From positions 310,001 to 374,000 of the forward strand of contig NOWV01000017.1 of assembly GCA_003344405.1 (NCBI GenBank): a DNA stretch of 64,000 nucleotides, written 5' to 3'. The stretch comes from Trichoplax sp. H2 (lineage: Eukaryota). The notes beneath the pieces were generated by a model, which ran no database searches, was not told where the DNA came from, and saw only the letters and a program-made list of their open reading frames with translations. A program made the position numbers and the translations under genes. This document shows, piece after piece, positions 13,757 through 33,186 of this stretch; position 1 is the stretch's first letter; each line of letters begins with the position of its first letter.

Positions 13757-14597
13757 ATGTCAGCGACGATTAGTTTTGGATTTTGCCATGGACTTCTAGA
13801 AATTAGACCAGTCAATCGGGATTGCCCGATTGAATTTTCTAGTACAGTAGTCCATAATAAAACCCCAAATTCATTGCTAGTAGTTTATGGTTTTGCGAAC
13901 TAAAGCTGATGTTATTCATACTGTATATACTGTATGTATATGTCATATATGTACAGTATACTGTACAGTATATATTATTATTAGTATACTGTACTGTTAT
14001 ACAGGATATATTATTGGCTAAGACGTGACTTCATTTACTCTTGTACAACTATATGTCTACGACTATTAGTTTTGGATTTTGCCATGGACTTCTAGAAATT
14101 AGACCAGTCAATCGGGATTGCCCGATTGAATGTTCTAGTACTGTAGTCCATGACAAAACTCCAAATTCATTGCTAGTAGTTTATGGTTTTGCAAACTAAA
14201 GCTGATGTTATTCATACTGTACTGTACTGTATATATGTACAGTATATGTCATATATGTATACTGTATAGTACAGTATATATTATTGGCTAAGACGTGACT
14301 TCATTTACTCTTGTACAACTATATGTCTACGACTATTAATTTTGGATTTTGCCATGGACTACTAGAAATTAGACCAGTCAATCGGGATTGCCTGATTGAA
14401 TGTTCTAGCACTGTAGTCCATGACAAAACTCCAAATTCATTGCTAGTAGTTTATGGTTTTGCGAACTAAAGCTGATGTTATTCATACTGTATATACTATA
14501 TGTATACAGTATGTCATATATGTATACTGTACAGTATATATTATGGGTATACTGTATATAGGATATATTATTGGCTAAGACGTGACTTCATTTGCTC
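13757..14597. repeat. Three tandem ~270-295-bp near-identical units, each with a ~95-nt imperfect inverted repeat
   Basis: TTTTGGATTTTGCCATGGACT(T/A)CTAGAAATTAGACCAGTCAATCGGGATTGCC occurs at ~13774, 14070 and 14340. The units differ mainly in the number of TACTG/TACAG units. Confidence 0.95.
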
Positions 14598-16788
14598 TTA
14601 TTTGTCCACGGGGCAAATTAGTCATACCCATTATGTAATAATAGTTTTTGATTACTACACTAAGGCAGTGTTGGCAATGACGTTATAGAGCATCTTAATT
14701 TTAACACGTTTAACGCAGTCATCGATTATTACAATCTTACGTATCCAAATTTTTTGTCTACTACAGTACTAGAAGACTAAATAGCATTCACACCAGAAAG
14801 AAAATAGAACAGGAAACTACTCATTAAAAAGACTCTAAATTGGATAAAATAGGAAAATATAGTGGCATATCGTAATTTTCCCTTGGATTTAATTGAATTG
14901 ATTGCGGCCATGACTGTACTTGTATTGTAGTAATACTGTACCGAATGTAAAGTAAAAAGTGCAAGGACGGTATAGAGCCCGGGCTCCATCATGGACTACT
15001 GTACTGTTTCTGATAACAACAATGATGTATATGACACACTGTATACACTGTACTGTATAATTATTGGATGGAGCTTTTTTATCTAATACTGCGCAAGACT
15101 ATAACATCCACCGGAAAAGAAATTAGACAGGAAACTCCTTGCTAAAAGGACTACTAAATTAATTTATTACAACCATGATGTATACTGTACATCAGCTTCA
15201 GTCATAAATAGCTATAATACATCTGGAAGACTATTGAAATGTAAAATAGCTAGGCCGGTACTGTACTGTATAGTAATATTAGTAAGCAATGACCAGGAGC
15301 AGGGACTACGGTAAAAAAGAAAAACGAAAGCAGCTAAGCGGTCGTTGACTACATTAATAATTGGGAGGCTAATTATTTTACTACTCATTTCCAGCTATAT
15401 CATATATCCGAAATGGCACACTATACTGTCCAACAATTGACATCCAAAATTAGTTGCTATACACGGGCGATTTCATTGACACCGTTTAGTAGAATGACCA
15501 GGAAAATGACCAGCCTTTCAATACAGTATTATTTTGCACTGATGGCCGTTGGCTGTCTCGTTTCTTTTCTTTACGGTAGTGCCTGCCAGAAGCAACCTTC
15601 AACAGTAATCATTTAATGATCCTGATTAGGGACTACTGTAGTACCTGTCCTGGCGCATCGCAGTCTACGGCAATATAATTATTATTTCCTCTTTATATGA
15701 TGGCCCAGCTGTACACAATAGTACTACTGTCTTAATAAACTTTCACTACCCTATGCAGTACAGTAAATAACACTATTGCAATCTATCTTCGAAGACTCAT
15801 TGGTAGTGCAAGACGAATATACATGAATCATGCTACTGTACTATTCTCAATAATACACCTGCCATACAGCTATCGTCACCATAATACACTATACTTTTAC
15901 ATCAAAATTGGTCTAATATTTTAGGTATCATAGTTTCAATTTATTTGACTGTAGTCATCTTCACAAAATTGAATTCACATGAGTATCGGTTGAGATTTCA
16001 ATAAGTTATTTAAAATATCTTAATTAAATCTAAAACAACCAATACTGACTGACATAGTTCAATATGCTCGTACAATGACTTTTTTCTTTTACCTGTACCT
16101 TGATCATTAAAGCTTGCTACGTTGTATAACAACATTGTATGAGTATCTACTATATTATTATATAATACGAATAAAAATATTCGCAAATTGCATTCATCTT
16201 AGATATTTCAAGATTGACAGTATATACCGAACAAGTTGATGTTGCGATAAATTACATAAAATAATTAATGCTGACCACCATCTCTTGTCATCAAGCAATA
16301 TTTCATTCACTTATGGTAAATGAGCCATTTTTCAATGCATATGATATCAATTTGGCCAGTTACCTGCATCTACTAAATAATGCATGTACCAATCAATCTA
16401 CACAATTCACGAATAATTAATTAAACGCTAGATGATGTCAGATTTCACTTGAACGCAGTAAGTAATACTGCAGCTTGAGATACCACGAATATCCACGGGT
16501 CTACTAAATAATGTATATCATGTAGCAGCTATCAGGGTAAGCATCCCATAGTTCAAGTCAAATATAATGTCAAATATTTTAGTTTAGCATAGCAAAGTCT
16601 TGCAATATGGAAATATTTTTGTAATATTTCTATTCGCGTATACTTTAATACGGCATTATAAGAGGTATATTTATATGTATTGTTTTAAACATTCATTAAA
16701 AGTTGTTAATTATAATTATGAAGCCTGTTTAGCCACTACTTCAACCGTTACCAATCACATCGTCTTATCAACCCAATGCCTAAGATAA

Positions 16789-17691
16789 TCATTTACGAGC
16801 ATCTTTCAAATAAGAATAACAAACTCCAACCATGATAGCCCCAACAGTCACTCCTTGGGCTAGAACTCGAAACTTTAATATATATCGGGAAAGGTTCATT
16901 CCAGCAGGCCTATTCTTATACTGATGAATTCCATAAGCGACAGCACCAAAAGTTCCGAGCATCCCTAATTTAAAAATTTGTTCAATCACGTTCAATCTAG
17001 GATTATGAAATGTAGATGATAGCATTTATGTAGCAAAGTTTGGTAGTGTACATCCTGAATATGCCTACAGTATATGAAGGTTATTGGCAACTTGATGGCT
17101 ACGTTACAGTCCATGTCTGTATACGAGTGCACGTATAAGTATCATGCTTGACTGTGCCTTATGTACTGTACAGTATAGTGTGCAGCTGACATTACTGTAT
17201 TAGCAAGATCATGCACTAATTTAACCATAATAAACGACCTCTATTTCTTAATCTCTGCTAAGCTGGTAATACGTTTCATTTATCAATACTACCTATGCGC
17301 TGAATTATTGCATGTCAAGATCTGAAAGATTCGAACGTGAATCAATTCAATTTGACCTATGTAGTAATTTAATTATCATTCTAAATTATTAATGCTATCC
17401 ATTTTTCAATTTATACTAAGCTGGTAACGCCGTATATTTCATTTATCAACATTGGCTATATCGCGTATTACTACTGCACATCAAGTAAGGATAAATTTTA
17501 CCAATTCAAGGATAGCGAAGCGATGGATCACCATAGCTACGCTAAACCGGCATTACACAAGGCTAGGGAAACTCACCGAGAGGCACGAAAGGTTCATCCA
17601 GGAATTTCTTTTTCAATTTATTCTCACTAACGTCATCGTCTGGTCTCCATTGTGGCTTTTTAAAAGAATTAGTAGAATCACTGATAGGCAT
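16789..17691 (-). CDS. HIGD1A: HIG1 domain family member (HIGD1A-like mitochondrial inner-membrane protein), 2 coding exons: 17691-17577 and 16964-16789
   Basis: Spliced protein: MPISDSTNSFKKPQWRPDDDVSENKLKKKFLDEPFVPL/GMLGTFGAVAYGIHQYKNRPAGMNLSRYILKFRVLAQGVTVGAIMVGVCYSYLKDARK. It has the HIG1 hallmarks PFVPxG and RVxAQG, a GTGAGT donor and a phase-compatible AG acceptor. The HIGD1 versus HIGD2 assignment is inferred from the lack of a QRRQ-type motif. Confidence 0.88.
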
Positions 17692-18091
17692 TCTTGATGA
17701 ATTTTATCGACAGCTACTGTTTCCAATCGTTTACAGCGGATTTAAAGGTTTGAAGGAAGCTACGGTCAAAGTCAGCTATGTTCGTCCCTATAATAAATGA
17801 CGATCACAACGTTGTCGCACAAGTCTCACACTGGCCCTTCAGTTCAAGTACACCGGCAATAATACAACTGTACTGAGTGCTAACCGTCAGTGACCCTATG
17901 GCACGGTCACTCGGGCTGCGTCACGTACGTATTCGGTTCACGGTTATGACTGACACAGTGTACTGTACAGGACTGTACACTTAGTGTATTTCCTATGCCA
18001 GTCGCTGCAGAACCGAACCACGACCATGTGCATATGCAGCATGATGCAATCCAAGTTCATGCGGGTTCATTCAACCAATATCCGTACGTAC

Positions 18092-18329
18092 AGGCATCTG
18101 TAACCTAAGCGATGCAAACCAACTTGGCATGCGCATTGACATTCTATTTCCCCGAACAGGGCATCTGTAACCTACTGTATATTGTATAAGCGATGCAAGC
18201 CAGGAGCAAACCAACTTAGCATGCGCATTGACATTCTATTTGCCCGTACTGGGCATCTGTAATCTAAGCGATGCAAGCCAGGAGCAATCCAAGTTAGCAT
18301 GCGCATTGACTTTCTATTTCCCTCTTTGG
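18092..18329 (+). promoter_or_regulatory. Triplicated RPL23 proximal promoter unit ending in a TCT/5'TOP-like start motif (CCCTCTTT at ~18320-18327)
   Basis: The unit GGCATCTGTAA.CTA..AGCGATGCAA..CCAA.TT.GCATGCGCATTGAC.TTCTATTT starts at ~18092, 18159 and 18251. Only the last copy continues into CCCTCTTTGG, about 30 nt before the ATG. TCT initiators are typical of animal ribosomal-protein genes. Confidence 0.65.
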
Positions 18330-18354
18330 ATTTTTTAGACACGGTCAAGCAAAC

Positions 18355-19718
18355 ATGTCGAAGAGAGGTAAGTTATCCAACTATATTCATCGTGTATCGT
18401 CTCCATCCTTAAACCTTTCAACCATTTAACCTATTAGATAGCGATATTAAGACTTAATTTTATCATCTGTTCTTTAATTTATTCTTTTACGTCAATTTAA
18501 ATCATTTTAAATGCCAGTATATTTCTCGGTCTTATCCATGTGAATTCACAGACGCCATGACAGTAATAGTTTACCGTATACAATACAATACAGTAGGTTG
18601 TACATGGGATTATGGCAAATGGCGTGGCGTAAAAGGCGATCAAGATGGCAATTTTCATCTATTCTATTGCAGTATTCTCGACATGTACGGTGTATTTTTG
18701 CGTAAAATGATCAATTACTACCATACGACAGAAAAATGCAATAGTGAAAAATAGTGACAAATATGGCCTAGGCATTGGTGTTAAGATAGACCCACAAATC
18801 AATGATGATGATAGTGCGGAAGCTTGTGCAGCGAGGCCACAATGAACTGCCTAGTTTAGTCTAATATCCGTTTCATTCATACTGTAGATGAATCTCGACA
18901 ATACTTGAAAGTATAAAAACTCCAATGCATCACTATTACATAAGTTGCAATCATCTTGGGTAAGATAACATTATTACTGTTGATGCTCAATCTTTTCAAT
19001 ATTTTCACTCTAAATAGGTAGGGGTGGTTCGTCCGGTTCGAAATTTCGTATCTCCCTTGCTCTGCCAGTTGGTGCAGTAATGAACTGCGCGGACAACACT
19101 GGAGCCAAAAATTTGTATGTCATTTCCGTCAAAGGAATCAAAGGTAGATTGAATCGTATGCCATCAGCAGGTATCGGCGATCTTGTATTAGCAACAGTCA
19201 AAAAGGGAAAGCCTGAATTACGTAAAAAAGGTTAGTGACAAGATGAAAACGATGTTGTACGCAAGCATTGATAGAATAGAAATGATCGATTGAATGATCG
19301 TTCTCTTTTTCACCACTTTAATCTTGCTATGTTAAATTAGTAATGCCAGCGGTGGTTGTGCGGCAGCGGAAACCGTATAGAAGAAAGGATGGAGTTTTCA
19401 TATACTTCGAAGGTAATACGCAACTCCAATTGATGTTTCCTGAGATCTTATTATAATTCTATGACATCTATCGAATTCTATAGATAACGCAGGAGTGATA
19501 GTAAATAATAAAGGTGAAATGAAAGGTAAGCACTACTAATCTTTACAATTTCCTATGAAGAAGTGAACGGACTCGATATGTGTGTTTATTATGGATTATA
19601 CTTTCTTAAGGTATCATTTTGTATTTCATGAACAGGTTCAGCCATTACTGGCCCAGTTGCTAAAGAATGTGCTGATCTATGGCCAAGAATTGCTTCCAAC
19701 TCAGGCAGTATTGCTTAA
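18355..19718 (+). CDS. RPL23: 60S ribosomal protein L23 (uL14); exons 18355-18367, 19018-19230, 19341-19412, 19484-19525, 19636-19718
   Basis: Translates to [40 protein letters not shown]...[72 protein letters not shown]. All introns are GT-AG, and AATAAA lies at ~19757. Confidence 0.98.
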
Positions 19719-21096
19719 CTGCAAGATAACTTGTTGTAATTACAGTCTAAACTTGTAATAAAAATCTTTACATATCGACAGCAAACTGAGCGAATTTGAA
19801 ATTTTGTCGTATCATTTCTTCCGTTGCGGTTGCTTGATTAAATAAGAATGGTCGAGTCTGACTTATGATCTTCCATTGAACATAATGGATACAGAGCATA
19901 AGACTTTATTTTTAATGTATTATATAGGCATATTACTGGCAGTAATTGAATCGATGCCTATTTACAACGCTTGGAAACTAATTCACCTGTGACTAATTAA
20001 TTATAAGGTCTATCAAATATTTATCAGTTATCGTTCGGTAAGAAATACTGTATCATGAGTTGCATATCAAAAAAAGTTACCTGATCGCTTTGTCCGCCTC
20101 ACTTTCTAAGCACATTTACCTCTGGAAATGTGCTAACTTAGTTTTTGCTACCTCAGAGCTTCGTAAGGGGTAACTATGGTTTTTTCTTGAGTTAGGGTTA
20201 GGGATACGAATTTTATCTTTCGTAGTCCCTGATACTGTATGTACGTATGTCTATAGACCACTAGAAATTACTACTGCAGTAGTTTCTAGTAGTTTATGGT
20301 ATGTCCTTGATAGGAACTATAAATCCAGTGTTTTACAAAATTTCAATTCAGCATGAAATTTTAGTAAAAGTCTCCCCACAACCCATAGACTAAGCTATTT
20401 ACATTCATAAGCGTATCCAAAATGGAGCCTACACACCTCAAAGTGCATCTCGAATTTTGTTGGCTATACAGCACCGTAGTTGTAATGAATGCAGTTTACT
20501 GTAGATGCACCAACATCATTTTAAGCAATGCTGGTACAAAATGCGCTCGCTGTAATTGGAGTCTAGTTAGTCACTGTTAACATCATGACAGTTCTTCATC
20601 AATGACTATGATGAGAAGATATGTCTTTAACCCGATTTCCAAGCACTATCCAGTACATCTTATACATCAAAAACTTTTAACGACTGTGATACACATTTTA
20701 AAATTTAATTGTGTATGATTTTATTCTAAAAGAGAACCTTAAGAAATTTCTGAACAACACTTGAGTGATATACCATATGAAATTGCGATTGTCAATACTG
20801 CTAAGCTTTATTGCAATTACGAGTATTTTTAATTGATAGCATTCATTCGTCAAATATTAGAGCTTATAACGAAATCAAACATCGATATCTTTGATCCAGC
20901 AATCATAGCTATAGCCTGCTGAGTCACATTATATCTTTAAGCTAGCTAAGTAAACTCACTACTGACTCATTTACGTATGGCCTTTTAAAATAAATTAAAA
21001 TACGACTATTTCACTAGCATCACAGTTAATGACTACGCAGTTTTGATGCTATTAACTCTATGCTGCCAGAAATTGCATGCTTGACTAAATTCAAGT

Positions 21097-27292
<6,196 letters not shown>

Positions 27293-30039
27293 TTTGTAAT
27301 TTTGAGCTTCTTTATCGACAGAAACGGATTGGACTAATTCTCGACAGAATGGGTATAACTATTCTAAGATGAAAATGTCAGTATTGTAAGTGTCTATGAA
27401 TGGAGTAAGATAGTATTTAATACAAAATTTAATCGATAATATTGATTTCTTATCACATGATTGCTGCATGTGTATGACATATGGTGTTTTAATACAATAT
27501 GGCATAGCACATTTTCTATTATGGATATTTGAGCGTATGTCGCATATCCCCTTTTGGAATACCCGATTGTATATGATACATCTATGATTCATTCGCTATG
27601 ATTTCATGGTTGATTACCAATAAGAAACGATTGAAGATGAGATATTAATTAATGCCAACTTTAATGTTGCAACAATTTTTAATAGCATCTTCTCAACAAG
27701 TATACTACTGTATAATTAAGCCTAATAAATATTTATAATAAATGGTGAAATAATATGTTGTAGATGTATCATAGCCATATTGTAATCCTATGGTAACGGT
27801 AGATCATAGGATGTTATTGACATAAATACGTATTAATTACAATTAGCAGCGATTTTCTACTAAGAGTATTAATACTGTATCTTAATAACACAGACAGCAA
27901 AATTGTTACTAACTGATATTTAGATCGAAATAGAAATATACATGTAAATGGTATCGGAACATAGTCAGTGATTTTCAGTGAAATTCATGTTGTGATGGAC
28001 GTGGCTCTTATCGGCTATAGTGTTATGTTGACACAGTAATATATTCCTGATCAGGATAGGAATAGTTTTATTTTTTATTCTGCTATTCAATTCTCAATAT
28101 CCAGATTGCAGGCGCTCTGGAGTATGTGATTTTAATAAGGAGCTTGACGATGGTAAAGGCGGACGGTCTTCTAAGGTTGTTGTAATTATAATTATCACTT
28201 CGCGAATAATTAATAATAGATAACTCGAATAACTAGGTTCCGTCCCAATATGCAATCATACGTGTATGTACGTCCTTCTTCTTTAATTTCAATGATTACA
28301 TTACTCTCATATTATAATATCCATTAATAACAGGCTTATTGAACAAGTGCTTAAAAGGTATCATTATAGTAGTTACTCGTATACTTTCGATCAATCATTC
28401 AGGTTTTCTGCTGTTGCGGAGTAACAGCTTTACATATTTACGTATAGGTATTTCATGGGATAAGTTTAATAAGGGGAAGGAGAGGGAATACGCTTATCTT
28501 TTATATTTTTCGAGGTTATCAGAATATATCCCACTCATGGATTTTGTTCATGGATAAGTTACGGTCTAACTTAAGAGCATGTCATACAATTTTATTATGC
28601 AGTACATGATAATTTCATGATCTGACATCCGCCTAAAACTAAACAAGAAATGGTACTGTCATAGTACAATCATGAGCTATTGAGCGATGTCAAGTTATAA
28701 TCTTTCTTGGCTACTTGTGATTTCTGGAAGTACATTAGCCGATATATTGCATTACAGCCTGAATGAAGAGTATAACGCGTAATATTACTTAATTAATGCA
28801 TATATTACATGCATCGTTATTGTTCATCAGCGGATACTGTTACTGCTCTACTCGTAAAAGTTAAGATCCGCTTGCTATTATTGTGGTAAGGTGTCTTTAT
28901 TGCGCAAAATGTGTAATTTGCAGAGCTAGTGCTGCGATGATACATTCAATGACTTACAACTGTAATTATGTAATAAGTAATAATATTATTAGTGATTGAT
29001 TGCTTTATACTTGTATATATACGGTGTGGTATAATACGTAGCATTAAGTTTTCTTGAATGACTCTAGCAGATATAATAAAAATGGTTCATCGTCAGAAAT
29101 AATCTTTAAATAACAAAGCAGTCTAAAAGAGTATAGGTTACTTAAAAAAAAGCGCAACAAATCGCTGTGTAACTTTTCTATATCCGATGAAAGTGAAATC
29201 ATATGTAACAACGGATCATGCCTAAAAAATGTAATCTATGAGCATGTGGTAAGGTTATTGCTTCTTAGTTATTCTGACGTTGCTTTTGCCAATCCAGGAA
29301 ACAGTAAAAATCATGTGCAACACTGGATGATGATGATGTTCTAGAATTGTTGTAACTGACAAATGTAGTATAGGAGAACGAAATAAGGCAATTTACTATC
29401 TCTCGATTCTAATTACAAGCACTTGGTTCAGTAAATCTTTAATTTCGACTCTTCGAATGTTAATGCAGTACTAAAAATCACGTACGAATTATAATTTATT
29501 AATTCATAAACAGAACTTTATTTTTGGTTCAGATAAATTGCTCTTATTCTATATAATTTTACAATACGAAAGCAACACGGACTTGCAAGGTACAGTTTAA
29601 CCTATTTGTAGGGACTCTACTGTGTATCTCCGTGATTAATTCATTAATCAGATTGGATTGCCAGGATATTACAGTTACGACGGATATTAAAGCATCTTTA
29701 AAATAAAAATGACCAGGAAAATTTATCAATATGCATTACGTATAAAATAACTCTCGGTTTCAATCGTGACTTATCCGAACTGTTATAAGTAATAAAAATA
29801 GTAAACTACTTAATGTCTGCATTATCCATGTTAGAAGATCCAAAATTATACATACATTAATTTTTCTCGAATATCCTTCTTATATGAATATTAATACAGT
29901 AGAATAAAGTAGCTTCATCAATAGGGTCTCGGAGAGCCTTAACTAAAAATTAAGAATTTTAGTCAATAGCAAGGTGTTATGCAGCTTCAGTGTTTTCAGT
30001 GTGACAATATCAAAGCGAAATTGACATTTTATGTTCAAT

Positions 30040-31552
30040 TCATATTGGATATTGCCAAATTAAATCAGCATTTTCTCGTTCTTCCTTCGAGGGTTTTCTA
30101 TAATATTTACGATGACGACATATGTAATAGAATTCATTCGATTCAGAGCGACTAGCTGCAGGTTTGAATTCGTTAATTCTGTGATAATTCTGTTTTAGCA
30201 TATCTTTAAATAGTCCTTCATCAGAACCATGGAACATTTTGCATATAAAGGTTCCATTATAAACTAAGTTAGCAAATGTAAATTTTAATGCACATAGAGC
30301 CTGCGTCATAATTGCTTGATGATCGAATTTAGGTGATCCTGCCACATTAGGTGACATGTCGCTCATGATTACATCTGCTTTTGAGTTTACGAGCATGTTT
30401 TGGATGAAGGTATGCGTGCTAGGTACGCCAAAGTCCATATGATCGAAAATCATGGCTTCACCAACTGATTTCATGCCACGTATATCTACTGCCATGACAA
30501 GACCCCCTGTAATAAGTTGTATGCCAATGATTAGTATAATAATTTATAGCTTATCGATAATGGATGCATACATGAAGAGCAGTAAGATGGCTATCTGAGA
30601 CGAATATTAGCTATGTACAGTATATAACTTTGCAAAGTCTATTCTACATCGGTGCTGGCGTGCTGTACGTCTACGAAGATTTTTAACACTGTATCACTCA
30701 GAGTACTGAGTCAAATTATTATATGGCAATGGTTAGTATCATGATTTATGGTCTACAGGTAGCATCATATACAAAGAACACCAAGATGTTTATTAGAGAC
30801 GACTACTAGCTGTATACATAGCTTTAACTTTAACAAGTCTATTTTTTATTCTACTGCATATCAGCGTTGGTGTACTTCTGCGAAGATTTTGATTCTGCAT
30901 CACCAGTTCTACATGTATATGAGTACATGAATAATGAAAATTTATTTATTCTATGCCACAACCTTAGAGTCATATTTCATAAGTTTGTACAGCAACTTAT
31001 TGGTACTATACTATCATATGCAAAGAGCACCAAGGTGCTATCAGAGTACAGTATATCAGAGGTAAAATAAACACTACTAACGGTAGACATAATTTTACAA
31101 AGTCTATTTTTATTCTATATCAGTATTGGTATGTATCTGTGGACATTTGAACTTACTAATTCTACGCATAGAAGAGAGGATGAATAACGAAAGCTCAGTG
31201 AGGTATTATCACACTTACTCTTTCCAGTTTTATCTAAAGCAACTTGAGTCCATGATCCAGGGCTAGCTCCAATATCAATCACGATATCGCCTTTTTTAAA
31301 TATTTTAAATTTCTTGTCCATTTCTAATAATTTAAAAGCGCTGCGAGATCGGTAACCCAGTTCCATTGCCTTTTTAACGTAGGGATCGTCACGTTGTCGA
31401 CGAAGCCAACGACTGGAGGATGATTTTCTTCCTCTGGCATAGAATCGAGCAGACAAGATAGCTCGCCTACCTTGGTAATTCCATTTGTTCCAACATGTCA
31501 GATCAATCAACTGTGTTATCGAGGCACGAATTCCTTGCTGCATTACGTTCAT
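30040..31552 (-). CDS. MRM2: Mitochondrial rRNA 2'-O-methyltransferase of the FtsJ/RrmJ family; coding exons ~31552-31219 and ~30506-30040
   Basis: Contains [55 protein letters not shown] and [13 protein letters not shown], i.e. the K-D-K-E tetrad. The N-terminus is Arg-rich and presequence-like. A phase-1 GTAAGT..ACAG intron joins the two ORFs. Confidence 0.92.
30560..31170. repeat. Three diverged ~200-260-bp tandem units inside the MRM2 intron
   Basis: The block (AA)AGA(G/A)CA..AAG.TG...TTT..(A)AAGTCTATT..CTA..ATC.G..(T/C)TGG recurs at ~30570-30690, 30765-30910 and 31015-31165. Confidence 0.6.
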
Positions 31553-33186
31553 GATTTCCTTCTTTCCAATTATTATAACTACCTTGCAACAATTCGACCT
31601 AGAACTGATATCGCTAGCGATTCAACATCAATTTCAATAGTTTTGTTAGCCTAGCATCGACTTGGATACAGTCCAGTACAACAATTAAATAAAGTACAGA
31701 GAAATCGTACAAGGTCTATTCGCAGGCGTCCCTACTAGCTCCAATTACCAACTGGAGAGATTAGAGGATACTATCTAGCACAGATTAGGATTCCTAGCTC
31801 GAAAACACTTCTCTAATTTTGCGAGTGTTTTAAGGGATGAGCTATGCGTTTATGCCGCTGGTTAGATCTAAGATTTATTTCAATTGCGCATGTCCGTATA
31901 TCAGTCAAAATTTACTATGGCGAAGAAGTTACCTAAAGCTTCTCTCTTTCAATTGAATCAATTAATTTTTATACCGTACCTATCCATGTCAAAACTTCTA
32001 CTTAACGTACCATCAATATGGCCCTTTTTAAGATTGCATAGGCTAGATTTTCATACATGGCTCACGGAGTATGCAGTAAACATTAAAGACTTGCGCATTC
32101 ATATATGAGTACAGTACGCGTATAAACTACTAATAGGCTGTGGGTATTTGAATGGAGTCCGTTCGATCTGCATACCAGATTTATAAATATCAAAGACTTT
32201 TACCTAAGATACTGTACATTCGAGCTTTGTAAAAGGTATGTAAAATGTGCAATACGTCTTATAATGTGCATTCTTGATCAATATTCGAGTAGGAGTGCTA
32301 CTGATGGTAAATGTAGAATGATTTTCAGAGCAGCCTACGACGGTATTTAAAAAATAACAAAGTTACGATTACTGTACACCTGATGCGCTTCGTGTTTCCT
32401 ATAATTAACAAGAATGGCTTTTAATAAATAATTTATTTAAACAGCTGTATTAACAGCAAGTACCAATATATACTTAGTTCTTACTGTGTACGCTCCGCGT
32501 TTCGTACAGTAATGAAATATAATTATAATTGCAGAGAAGATCAAGTTCAGATCTTACATGTACATTGCGAGATAGGCATAGTATACAACTGTATATAATA
32601 TTCCTTATTTTGTTCATATAAAACATTCGTTTATACCGCAAAAGCATATGGTTCATGATTTAAGAGACTATACTAACTAAACAGAGTAACATAGGTATAC
32701 GCGTGTACCATATCATTTCCGTCACACGAAATTTAGAGATACAAGCAATATGAGTTCTTGTAAATATCAATTAATTTAAGGTATATATATATATATATAT
32801 TAATATACAATTACAATTTTCTTCTATTGCGAGTATATTCATTCAATTACTTATTAGAGATTACGCTTAAAAGCAGTCATATCGATATAAAATCAATTTC
32901 TATCATTCATTCATTCGGACGATTACATACATTTTTTTTATAGAAAATTTTATCAGTCAAGCTTAAAATATATTCAGTGCGAAAACTATAGATCTCAATT
33001 TCTAGTTAAATTAGCACAAGGTATATGCAGTTCCATAAGAATTTTACAGCAATAATCAGTTCGTGTACAGAACAGTTGTAATCTACAGCTTTAGTACATG
33101 AAACGAAATCTATATTAAAAGATTGTGCCGAAACCCATAATAAGCACTTTCGTTTTTGTAAACCACGCGGAGACGAGGTAGCATTA

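Noticed and set aside
18368-19635. Intronic snoRNAs in RPL23 (ATGATGA at ~18802)
   Set aside because: No suitably placed CTGA D-box or terminal stem, and no clear H/ACA fold by eye. An Infernal/snoscan search would be needed.
20192-20203. TTAGGGTTAGGG telomeric repeat
   Set aside because: Only two units, which is compatible with chance.
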